DNA of 64,000 nucleotides from NCBI GenBank assembly GCA_951406725.2, contig OX597820.1:96410001-96474000 (forward strand), read 5' to 3'. The DNA comes from Octopus vulgaris (Eukaryota). Below are positions 11,436 to 22,707 of this stretch, piece by piece. The first letter of the stretch is position 1; the number at the start of each line of letters is the position of its first letter. The notes under the pieces are model-generated. The model saw only the letters and a program-made list of their open reading frames with translations, did no database searches and was not told the origin of the DNA. Made by a program: the position numbers and the translations under genes.

Positions 11436-12029
11436 TATCATTAATCCTTCTGTAATTTTTAATATCGCTTATGTTTAGGTCTAAATTTGAAACTGAATTA
11501 ATTAGATCCTTATTAGAACCAAAATTTATATCTATGATTTTATACATTATATAGATATATAATAACTTGCCTAAATATACTTATGTATAACATTTATTTC
11601 TAACATATGCATATATTGTTTTTTATTCCAATGAATCATTCAATCTTATTTTATTTCGTAATATATATGTATAATATTCCCTTACCTATAAATTTATTGC
11701 ATGTCCGTTATTTCTTTCTTACTTTTCCACATTAAAGTACATTATGGTATAATTCATATTCGTTTGGTTATCTTTGAATTTAAATATCATATCCAGTGTG
11801 CCTACTAAATAGTTTCAGTATATTTTAGTAATGTATCGACCATAATACACAAATATAGATAATCTGCTTTTCTTCGTATTACGTAATACGCTATTCCTTC
11901 TTACAATTGAATAATTTCCAATTTACATATTTATATAGCTAGTAATCAATAATTACAAACATATTATACTACATTATAACATGTGCCCAAATATATACTT
12001 CCTTATAATCTACTAGTTTTTATTTCTTT

Positions 12030-13192
12030 AATTCTTTGTTAAAACCAAAATATAGAATTGAAAGGAGAAAAATAGAGTTAAATAAACAACTAGATAGATA
12101 GACAGAGAGAGAGAGAGAGATAGAGAGAGAGAAAGAGAGAGAGAGATGGACTTTTTTATTGAAAAATATTTATTTTTATAGTAAACAAAGACATATCGTT
12201 ACTACGAAATACAAACACCTGGATAGTTTGAAGCTTTTAGATTAGGTGCGATAGTAGTGACTGTCGTGAGTTTCCTGGCATTATCTGATCTTTGTGTGTT
12301 GCTGTCGCTTCCGTCCATTATTTTTGTATTGGGGCAGCGCTCTGGTCTACTGTCTGCTGACAGCTGTCCGCTGTCTCCAGCTGTTCACCTCTAGGTAGTT
12401 TCTAAAATGCGCTGAATATATAGTGATGGCCTTGATCAGAAAAAGTACGCCAAAGATGAAATTATTGTCAGATCCGGTTGACGTTGGTAATATTTTAGTG
12501 AGACTCGATCATAATCTTAAGCTGATTTCTTGCATCGGATATAGCAATGCATGTTCACAGTGGTTGACAAGAAGCACTTTATGCACTCTTCCTAAGCAGA
12601 CGGTGTAAAACATATTGAAAGAGAAAATTTATCAGACAATTCTGAAATTCTTCTAAAGAAAATTCTTTGTTAAAACAAAAATATAGAATTGAAAGGAGAA
12701 AAATAGAGTTAAATAAATAACTAGATAGATAAATAGATTTGCATTAAATTACTCTAAATGTCTTTTTATACTATTGTCACGCCTCTGTCTCGTCTTTTTT
12801 TTTTTTTTAAAGAGTTTGGATGTAGGTATTTCATTCAAATTCTTTCATGCTTTTTCCTTTTTTTTTATTTCTCCCAATATATATTTATTTCATTTTCATG
12901 TTATGAAAATCGCACGTAGACGAGTTACATTCTCTTTCTTTCTCTCTTTTCTTCTTTCCTTCTTTCAACATTTTTCAATGTGTTGTTTCTTTGTGCTTCT
13001 CAGAAAAAACTGTCTTTGAAGCAATCACTAATAGCCATCTGAGGTATTATAGAATTATCTTCAAAGGAAAGAATATAAATTTTGTCGATCTTATTCCTCA
13101 TAGACAAACTAATTAGAAGAAAATATAAGTTTATTTACAACTTTCTTCGCTTTCTTTCTGTTTGTCTGTCTGCCCTCCTCTCTCTCCCTCTA

Positions 13193-13233
<41 letters not shown>

Positions 13234-14640
13234 CACGCACACAGACTCACAATCACATTCTCGTTCTACTTCGTTTGTTCTCCTCCCCTTTCCTACTTTA
13301 AAACTCCATGTATTTAATTAGTGTTCTACTATTAATTTTCAGATCCCGAATTATAAGCTATAATGTAAAATATGTTGTTATTTGCAATTTACTTACAGTG
13401 CTATGGTACGTTCGGACCACTGATGTCGAGAACTTTATCAACATTTGGCAAGTCTTATACTAGAATATCTGGGATCATAAGGAAAAAAAATCTAACAAAT
13501 TGAAATTGCTCGATGGAATTTTTGCTATAAAACAAAGCCGTTTTAGAAGCTGAAATAACAAGAGAGAGGAGTGGAGACGGGATAGAGGGAAGGATGGAGA
13601 GAGAGAGGGGGAGGGATAGAGGTGAGGACAGAACGAGAGAAAAATAGGGTGTATTTGGGTGAAAAAGAGAAAGTGAGAGAAAATATGCCTGCAGGTGAGA
13701 AAGAGAGATAGAAAGAAAAAGAGAGAGTAACCAAGTCTTGGATGCCTTAATGCATTAAACCTCATTATATCAAACTCAAGATTAACTATTCATATCAATC
13801 GCTGTTTGATTTACAAATACTGATTATCAAGCAATCTTTCCTAAAGCAGAGAAATTATTTCTTGCTTTCCGCCATATTTCAGAAAATTCATTACAGTTAT
13901 TTTCACATGTTTAACTTTTCGAGAAGTCAGATTTTTAACATGAAATGCAAAAAGGGAACTTTTATTTGCAGAAATTAGCTGAATGTACTAAAGACGTTGT
14001 CTACATTCAGTCAGCAAAGAGAAGCTTTTATCAATCTGGCATTTTCTTCTATGCAAAAGATTTTTAACCCAATATCATACGGGCTGGATTTCAGAAATCT
14101 GTGATTTTTTTTTATTGAAAAATATTTATATTTGTAGTAAACAGGCAAATTGTTACTACGAAATACAAACACCTGGATAGTTTGAAGCTTATTGTTCTTA
14201 GACTAGGTGCGATAGTAGTGGTTGTGAGTTTCTTGACCTTAACCGATCATTGTATGTTGCTGTCGCCGCCGTCCACTTTTTTTGTGCAGGGGCAGTGCTC
14301 TGGTCTACTCTCTGCTGACCGTTGTCTGCTGCTGACCTCTAGGTAGTTTCTAAAATGCGCTGAATATATAGTGATGGTCTTGGTCAAAAAAAGTACGCCA
14401 AAGATGAAATTGTTGTAAGATCCAGTTAGATTTTAGCGAATTGCGATCATAGTCTTGAGTTGTTTTTTGCATCGGATATAGCAATGCATGTTTAACTTTT
14501 CAACAAATCAGATTTTTAACATGAAATTAGAAAAATAAAAGTGCGTAGTATAATCTTTATATTTTTGTTTGAAGAAATTAGACGAATGTGCTTAAGTCGT
14601 TGGTTACATTCAATCACCAAATAAATTTTTATCAACCTTC
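12030..14640. repeat. Interlocked local duplications of an unclassified sequence
   Basis: 12152-12555 matches 14106-14492; 12030-12100 matches 12661-12731; 13907-14055 matches 14488-14636. Confidence 0.85.
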
Positions 14641-15804
14641 GGCCCATTTTTCCATCCCTTAGATTTTTAACTCAATATATTACATACTGTTTTATCAATA
14701 AATTCACATGGTGAATCCCCTTTAAAATTATATATACATACACTCCCGCACTCACGCACACACACGTGCAGTCGCACACACACACACACACATATATAAG
14801 TACGTATATGTATATATGCATATGTGTGTGTGTGTATATATATATACAAGATATATATATCTTGTTGTTCGAAAAGAAGGGGGAAAACTCAGTCAACTTA
14901 GCTAACGCGAATGAGGAAATGCTTTGAAGTAAGCCACTCATCCAGCGCTCCAAATACGTAAATTTACGTATAGCCTAGACATGATTACTTAGTATCCACC
15001 AGCATGGTCTGACCAGTTTTTCACTGTCAATACTTTCACGAGACTAAATCTACAAGAAACAGGCTTTCAAAAGCATATATGCTTTAAGTATGATGTATAG
15101 ATTGCTAATTTGAACTAATAGTGCTTCCGCCTCTAATGACGAATTTTTATTCACCTTGCCGGCTTACTGTAGCATCAGTGAGTTTTCAATCGTTGTTTAA
15201 CTATATCAGTTTGCATCCGATTTTCGCTTAGCAAGCGGTGCCAGTAGTTATTTATTTACTACGGATATAGCTCAAATCAAGAAGAAATCTAGATTTAAAA
15301 GTGTCACTGCTGATGTTGGTCGATTTCACCCGTTGTTATAAGAGATTACTTTCTAGAGACGGATACTTCAGTTCGAAAAGCTTTCGACAGTATATATGCT
15401 TTAAGTATAAATATATATATCGTTAATTTGAACTAAGACTGCTTAATTAAACTTCTAAATTCAAATAGTAAATAGTTGCAATGTTGTGATATATTAGAAT
15501 AGATTTAATTATATACACTCCATGGCCACGAAAAAAATTGTTTACCAGGAGCTCGCATCTGAACCATATATATAACATCCATGCCAGAATATGTATTGAA
15601 TATGGGATTTTTGTCTTTTATTTATATTTTTTTTTACGTGGAACCCGAAATTTCAGCATACCGTAAGGAACGGTTGGGAATCTTCATCATTAAGTCAACG
15701 TAGTAGTATTACATTGCTATAAACAGAAATCTAAATAGTTGCACGAAATTAGTTCCCCATGTAACAGCTTTGATATGTCACAGCCGTCATCAGATCTTAA
15801 TTAT

Positions 15805-16016
15805 TGGTTTTAAATTTTAAGCACAAGACCAGAATTCTCAGGGAGAGGAGTAAGTCGATTACATTGACCCAGTGCTTAACTGGTACTTATTTTATCGATT
15901 CGAAAGAACGAAAGCCAAAGTCGATCTTGGCGGAATTTGAACTCAGAACGTAAAGGTGGACGAAATGCCGTTAAGCATTTTGCCCGGTATGCTAATGATT
16001 CTGCCAGGTCGACGCT
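15805..16016 (-). mobile_element. SINE family B (further minus-strand copies at ~16588-16775, 16800-16925, 25985-26195, 46770-46848; plus-strand copy at ~54598-54742)
   Basis: Shared ggtacttattttatcga...aaaggcaaagtcga...cggcggaatttgaactcagaacgtaa. Confidence 0.8.
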
Positions 16017-16167
16017 TTCCACACTTTAAATATTAACTTCTGCAACAAGCACCATAGAGTAACCGACAAGCATTCAGCGAGTAGTTACCGCGACTCAGTT
16101 TCAATGTTTAGTTGAAGTCACTTCATACAGTCTACTAATGGCCTGTAGACAGATATAATCATCATAA

Positions 16168-16397
16168 GGCGGTGAGCTGGCAGAAACGTTAGCACGCCGG
16201 GCGAAATGCTTAGCGGTATTTCGTCTGCCGTTACGTTGTGAGTTCAAATTCCGCCGAGATCGACTTTGCCTTTCATTCTTTCGGGGTCGATAAATTAAGT
16301 ACCAGTTACGCACTGGGGTCGATGTAATCGACTTAATACCTATGTCTGTCCTTGTTTGTCCCCTCTGTGTTTAGCCCCTTGTGAGTAATAAAGAAAT
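16168..16397 (+). mobile_element. Young SINE family B copy with LINE-like tail
   Basis: Exact 17-bp TSD AGATATAATCATCATAA (16151-16167 and 16398-16414); central gactttgcctttcattctttcggggtcgataaattaagtacc resembles the Meta/MESC SINE domain as I recall it. Confidence 0.9.
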
Positions 16398-17434
16398 AGA
16401 TATAATCATCATAACTCCAATGCATTGTGCTACAAGAAATATATAATAGTGATTTCTAGTAAGTCGTTAACGCGACACAGTTTCAATTCTTATTTGAAGT
16501 CACTTCGCTTCACACAGCGATTATTGTCCTACTGACAGATATAATCGTCAAAACGCCAATCCATTGTGTTACGAGAAGCATATAATATTGGTTTCAAGGT
16601 TTGGCACAAGGCCAGCAATTTCGTGGGAGGGAATATGTCGATTACATCGATCCTAGTGCCCATCTGGTACTTATTTCATCGACCACCAGAAGGATGAAAG
16701 GCAAAGTCGAACTCAGAACGTAAAGACAGATGAAATACCGCTAAGCGTGTTAATGATTCTGTCAGATTGCCACCTACAAGTAGTATGTAATATTGATTTT
16801 TAACATACGCACAAGGCTTAAAGTTCAGGGATGGGTACAATGGATTGTATCAACCACAGTACATGAGTTGTACTTCATGTATCGTCCCCAGAAAGATGTA
16901 GGTGTAAATTGACTTCGGCGAGAATGGAAATCTAGACGCAAAACTATTTTCATTTCTAGAGTAAATTTTCAATATCTAACTATAAATGACATTGTTGAAT
17001 TAAATAATAAAACAGTCTAATGGTATCTTGGAAGCTCAATAATTGATATTGATAAAACGACATTAAATAAGATTAGTTAGAATAACAAAGGCAATATTAT
17101 AACTCGTGTTATCTGAATTTTATATGAATTAGATTCAGTCAGAACGTTGGTACGACACAATGAAATAAATATAACGCAAATATTTTCAGCTTACACATAC
17201 ATACACACACGCACGCACACACAAATGCACACAAGCACGCGCGCGCACACACACACATGTACATATATACATGCACATATGTGTGTGTGTGTGTATGTGT
17301 GTGTGTGTGTGTGTGTCTGTGTGTGTGTGTGTGTGTGTGTGTACATACATATATAAATGCAGATTTTTACATGAGTTTCTGTAGTATATTTTTCCCTGTT
17401 TAACACAGTTACCATTTAGAACTAGCATTTTGGT

Positions 17435-17513
<79 letters not shown>

Positions 17514-17514
17514 C

Positions 17515-17869
17515 AGAGAGACTTAGAAATAATAATATTTCTAGTTTTGAAAACCAGTGGATGGATTCCACTGAAATTAAGTAAATAATCCTGCTGGTTT
17601 CGGTCACTCTGCATTAATAAAGGGCAAATACCCTGAAACATGTCTGCAGATGCCTGACCAGCAAGGAGAAGCGGCTGACCTCCCCTGTTCGAAGGTTATA
17701 ATGGACACAGATTCGTGTGGCATATAGCTAGCTAGAGGCGATGGCCTCTTGGAGCTAATCAACGGCAGCTTTCGTCCTGTATTTATGGACTGCCATATTA
17801 GCTTGGCGATAACTATTAATACCCAGTACCGCTGCCGTAGTCTCCTTTAGAGAGACTTAGAAATAATAA
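17515..17869 (+). mobile_element. ~334-bp HHR-bearing non-coding element (retrozyme- or pLTR-like)
   Basis: 21-bp terminal direct repeat AGAGAGACTTAGAAATAATAA (17515-17535 and 17849-17869); internal hammerhead fold; patchy similarity to 22211-22521. Confidence 0.65.
17608..17650 (+). ncRNA. Hammerhead-like motif, U3:A8 core with G5A lesion
   Basis: TCTGCA-TTAATAA-AGGG[CAAATA]CCCT-GAAAC-AT-GTC-TGCAGA; palindrome ACATGT. Confidence 0.6.
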
Positions 17870-17872
17870 CAT

Positions 17873-17907
<35 letters not shown>

Positions 17908-18016
17908 GCCATGATAGATCGTTAGCCACTACACATATTTTTTTCTCTCGTTTCTTTCTCTCCTTTTTTTTCTCCTTGTTTTTCTCCTTTTTTTCTCCTT
18001 GTTTTTTTCTGTGTTC

Positions 18017-18052
18017 CTTTCTGTAGAAGAGCGTAGGCTCGAAACGTAAAAG
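18017..18052 (+). ncRNA. Minimal hammerhead-like motif (A6U variant) within a ~240-bp repeat (17905-18145)
   Basis: CTTT-CTGTAGA-A-GAGC[GTAG]GCTC-GAAAC-GTA-AAAG; a second copy of the element lies on the minus strand at 36754-36928. Confidence 0.7.
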
Positions 18053-18169
18053 CCTTTTTCTGTTCCTGAGCGTAATACTAATACATCTGCTTGTTTTGTA
18101 CACCACCTGTCTTCGTCTTTTGTTTCTTTCGTAAACTCTCCCTAAATATATATATATGTGTGTGTGTGT

Positions 18170-18660
18170 ATACGGTAACTCCTGAAGTTTTGAGGTTTTT
18201 TCAGGAGAGACATTTCTTAATTTTAAAAGAAATACAAAACCCTAATCTCTTTCAAAGTAACATCCCCTGACTCCAATGCACTTGTTGTTGTGCTCCAGCT
18301 ACTTCATTTTCTCCTTCAGCTTGGATAACAACCAAAGGTCCTAGGGAGCAATGTCTGGACTGTAGGGATGGTAAGAAACTGTTTTGATATCTATTTCTGT
18401 CAAGTAGTTGGCGATCGGGATCTAATTGTGAATTGATGGACTGTGAACTGTACCATTCTTCTGTTGCATGCTTTTTATGATGAAGTCTCCTAAATTCCTT
18501 CAAAGCCTCCACAAAGTACTCTTTGTTGACTGTGTAGCCAGAAGGAACCCATCAAAAAAGGGGCTAATTACGAGTTTTCTGGTGGACTTCCTTTGCCTGG
18601 CCTCTTGTGCCAGCGAAAAATAGATGTTCGGCTCATACGCGTTAATCCATAAGCAACCTA
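18170..18660 (-). mobile_element. Degraded mariner transposase 3' fragment
   Basis: WVPSGYTVNKEYFVEALKEFR...IANYLTEIDIKTVSYHPYSPDIAP*DLWL...KCIGVRGCYFERD, with frameshifts. Confidence 0.8.
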
Positions 18661-18926
18661 GGGCATTTCACGAGTTTAGTTTCTGTAGTACTTTTTGCCC
18701 AGTTTAACACAGTTAGCATTTAAATTATCTTCATCCTGCAAACTAGTCAACCGTGACAAGCAGTGTCTAGTAGGGCATGTTGAAAATGCTGTTACAGCCA
18801 TCGACTTTCATCTGAAATAACAAAAGTTGCTATGACATCGTAAAATTACAATAATCTAGTACGGCTATGAGAGACCCGCCCCAAAATACCTCAAAACTTC
18901 TGCAATGCTGCAATACACCTCGTATA

Positions 18927-18985
<59 letters not shown>

Positions 18986-19033
18986 TAGCAGAGTATATAT
19001 CAAATATAAATTAAAAACAGAACACAAAGGATA

Positions 19034-19128
19034 TCGCGGTACACGTGTTTCAAGCTTTATAAACAATCCGTTATTACATCAGTGTATTACTGGTATAAAA
19101 GATGGTTTAAAGCTCTCTTCAGCCGCAA
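19034..19128 (-). ncRNA. Complete type I hammerhead motif with extended stem II
   Basis: Minus strand: TTGCGG-CTGAAGA-GAGCTTTA[~48-nt structured insert]TAAAGCTT-GAAAC-ACGT-GTA-CCGCGA; palindrome ACACGTGT; GUA triplet. Confidence 0.82.
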
Positions 19129-19329
19129 ACATTGTTAGTCCAATACTCTCTCACCTCTTCCACTATCTGGCATATACAGGTGCTTACACTTATCAAGTAT
19201 TCACTCTAAATTTACAGTACATACTTAATATACTAGCTGAGATACAACGCGTTGCTCGGAATTAAAATAGCATAGTTTGTATATATATATGTTACAGTTA
19301 TGTTGAAATGTTGAAACAGTTGATACAGG

Positions 19330-19777
19330 AAAGTGCACCATTGACAACAAAGCATTTGTGGAGTAATTTCTAAAGCTTTACAGAAACTACAATTTGAGTT
19401 TAGCACACTAATTTGGACAGAATTATAATCTTTATAAGAATGGAATGGATGATATCTGAAAGCAGCTCCAGGAGTTGTGAAGAACGAATTTGTACGTAGT
19501 CTGTTTCTGGGAGCTATTCTATTGGACATATGTGTAATCTGGCGTGCTAATGATTCAGCATTAAGTGCCTTTGCTGATCTTAGGAAAGTCTCATCTCCCT
19601 TCTCTCTTGAGACTCTTTCCGATGTGCTGCAGCAGGCCTTTGCTAATCTTGGGAAAAACTCATCCCCTTTCTCTCATGAAACTCCATCTGATGTGCTGCA
19701 GGATGCCTTTGCTGATCTTGAGAAAGTCTCATATCCCTTCTCTCTTGAAACTCTATTTGACGTGCTGCAGTATTCTG

Positions 19778-19843
<66 letters not shown>

Positions 19844-20148
19844 CTAGCAGAGTATATATCGAATATAAATTAAAAAAATAATACAAAGGATATCGCGGTA
19901 CACGTGTTTCAAGCTTTATAAGCAATACGTTATTACATCAGTGTATTATTGATATAAAAGATGGTTTAAAGCTCTCTTCACAGAAAGTCTTATCGCCCTT
20001 CTACCTTGAGACCCCGTCTAACGTGCTGCAGCTGATCTTAAGAAAGTTCCATGTCCCTTATCTCTTGAGATTCTCACCTTCGGTTTTCTGAAATCCTCTT
20101 TGCTTGATAGGTGTTTTTGGAGAGACTAGGTTTTTCCTTTAGTGGCAT
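19330..20148 (-). pseudogene. Helitron RepHel N-terminus: 23-aa STPR-like repeats and Cys-rich motif
   Basis: MPLKEKPSLSKNTYQAKR...; 69-bp tandem units (starting 19567, 19636, 19705) read AARQIEFQERRDMRLSQDQQRHP-like on the minus strand; then AAFRYHPFHSYKDYNSVQISVLNSNCSFCKALEITPQMLCC. Confidence 0.8.
19844..19980 (-). repeat. Second copy of the 18985-19121 HHR segment, truncated in the core
   Basis: High identity by eye; ends in TGAAGA without C3 or the 5' strand of stem I; interrupts the Helitron 69-bp repeats. Confidence 0.9.
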
Positions 20149-21535
20149 ATTTTTTTCAATATTGTAATAAAAAATTACGAAGATTAATCTCTATTTTTGT
20201 AAGCAGTTGTATGTATGTAGTATGTCTGTATTTTTGTATACAGTGTAAATTAACAAAATATGAGCAAACTGTAAATACCTTGCAAATTTGCAACTGCTGC
20301 GCTAACTATGAACTAGTAATTGAACGGTAGACGTGCATTTTTACATACCTTGGACGTGCCAGCAAATTGTTTTTTGTCAAGAGTTTCACCTCCAGCCATT
20401 TTCGTTACATATGTATATGTATAAGTAGATATGTGTATGTTTAACAACGTACTTAACGAACGCGTAAACACCCACACACTCACAGACAAATACACATTCA
20501 TATACAAAATGTGAGGATACCTACACATACACTCTCACATACAATCACATACACGCAGTGAGACACATATAGACATACATTCACACATGTCAATCGTCAC
20601 ATATGTCTACGTATGTGTAGATATGTGTGTATGTTTAATAACGTACTTAACGCGGAAACACACGCAGTCACAGAGTCATATACACTCATACACTCACAGA
20701 TACATACACACTCATATACAAAATGTTACGTCATCGTCGTCGAGGTAAAAATGTCCTTTACTATCTCATACGTATCGAATGCGTAAACACGCATCCACGT
20801 ACACATACCCATTCGTATAAAATGTCCTGTACTATAGATGACTATAGAAAGATTATGTCTATGAAATGTTATATTTTTTTAGTAGAAATGAAAAAAAATT
20901 ACATATTGACAGTCGTGGAGTGTAATACTATTTAGTAAGAGAGACACAAATATTCACGTATGTCAGACGTCCCATATGTGTATGCATGCGTAAATGTGTG
21001 TGTATGTTGAATAACATCCTTAACCCGGAAGCACGAACACACACTCAGACACATAACCAATCAGACACATACACACTCATACACTCACGCACATACACTC
21101 ACAGACACATAGACACTCATATAAAAGATGTGATGTTGTCGTCGAACGCGGAAACATACAAACACTGGCAGACATATAAACATTCATACACACACACATA
21201 TACACTGACAGACACATACATACTCATATCCAAAATGTGACGTTGTCGTTATCGTCGTCGTCGTATAAAATGTCCTGCATCATTTTAGACTATAGAAAGA
21301 TTATCGCTTTGAAATGTTATATTTTTAAAAATCGAAATGAAAACAAATTACATGTTGATGCTCGTGTGGTGTGATACTATTACTTTGTAAAATTTGATTT
21401 GGTGGAGCCGCTTGGTATATATAGATTAACCAAATAGAAGCGCATGTACGAACTGTTAATTTAACGGTAAATGCCACAATAATATTTTACTGGTAACTGA
21501 ACGGTAAATGTGTATTTTATATACTTTAGACAAAG

Positions 21536-21861
21536 TAGTTAGTTAGTTAGTTAGTTAGTTAATTTGGCTCAAAAGCAAATAGCAAGGCCATGTAGGGGGA
21601 CATGGAGTTAAGTACAGGGTGGTGTTCATGTAAAGAGTTCAGGCCACTTGAGGTCCAGGGAGGCTTTGAACAAAGCGGTCGTCGGCATCTTCACCATCTC
21701 GTCTGGCAGCTTGTTCCACGGATCCGCAACCCGGACGGAGAAAGCTCCTCTCCTTCGATTAAGATGAAATCGTCGCAGGTAGAGCTTTTCGGAATGACAC
21801 CGCAGCCGACGCTCTGGAGCAGGAGTGAAGAACAGGTCTTTCGAGAGGTTACACTTTCCGC
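21536..21861 (-). mobile_element. CR1/L2-group LINE 3' end with (CTAA)n tail
   Basis: LFFTPAPERRLRCHSEKLYLRRFHLNRRRGAFSVRVADPWNKLPDEMVKMPTTALFKASLD*, short 3' UTR and tetranucleotide tail. Confidence 0.88.
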
Positions 21862-22147
21862 TTAATTAGAATTAAAGTGAAAGAATTAGTGAAACAATAT
21901 TCACTTTTGACGCGTAATACCAAACCACTCTAAAAGATTGCTCTGGTTCTGCATTCGGCAAGAAGCTGGAAAATGTTTGATCCATGACACTCAATGAACC
22001 TTAAGTAATGCATGTGTACAATTTGAATGAAATCGGTTGGGTAGTTCTTGAGTTTTAAGGATTCATACATACAGACACATACTCACATTTTCAGTTTTAT
22101 ATATATATATATATATATATACAAACCAGTAGGGAGTTACAGAAATG

Positions 22148-22213
<66 letters not shown>

Positions 22214-22311
22214 TCAATATTTCTAATTACGGTGACTAGTGAATAGATTTCACTGTAAATATATATATTTGCAGAGGCTTGGCAAGTATCACCGCTAGTA
22301 GGACTCTCTAC

Positions 22312-22357
22312 CCTGGACTGATGACGAGCAAGACCCAGAATCATGCATGTCTTCAGG
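22312..22357 (+). ncRNA. Hammerhead-like motif (damaged stem II, GAATC) capping a long stem (22265-22404)
   Basis: CCTGGA-CTGATGA-CGAGCAAGACCCA-GAATC-ATGCAT-GTC-TTCAGG; flanks pair as TAGGACT/AGTCCTA, GGCAAGTATC/GGTGCTTGCC and ATATTTGCAGAGG/CCTTTGCAAATAT. Confidence 0.7.
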
Positions 22358-22518
22358 TTGCTAGTCCTAGCTGGTGAGGGTGCTTGCCTCCCCTTTGCAA
22401 ATATAAGGACACAGGAAATGTGTCAAAGCCGACAGGAAGCGTCGGTGTTTCCTATGGCTATATAGCGGTGGTGTAATTCCCTTTACGGGACCGTCACGTT
22501 ATGTTGACATTATACAAC

Positions 22519-22707
<189 letters not shown>

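Larger units (their letters stand above)
19233..22110 (-). mobile_element. Internally deleted Helitron with nested insertions
   Basis: 3' end (minus strand) tccgagcaacgcgttgtatctcagCTAG-T at 19233; 5' end tatatatataaaactgaaaatgtg at ~22110 resembles the start of the 52595 element (the initial TC is not visible); RepHel N-terminal remnant inside; CA-rich subrepeats at 20400-21400. Confidence 0.8.

Noticed and set aside
19477-19881. Plus-strand ORF with 23-aa repeats, or a CRISPR-like array
   Set aside because: Antisense reading of Helitron STPR-like repeats; no unique spacers; eukaryotic context.
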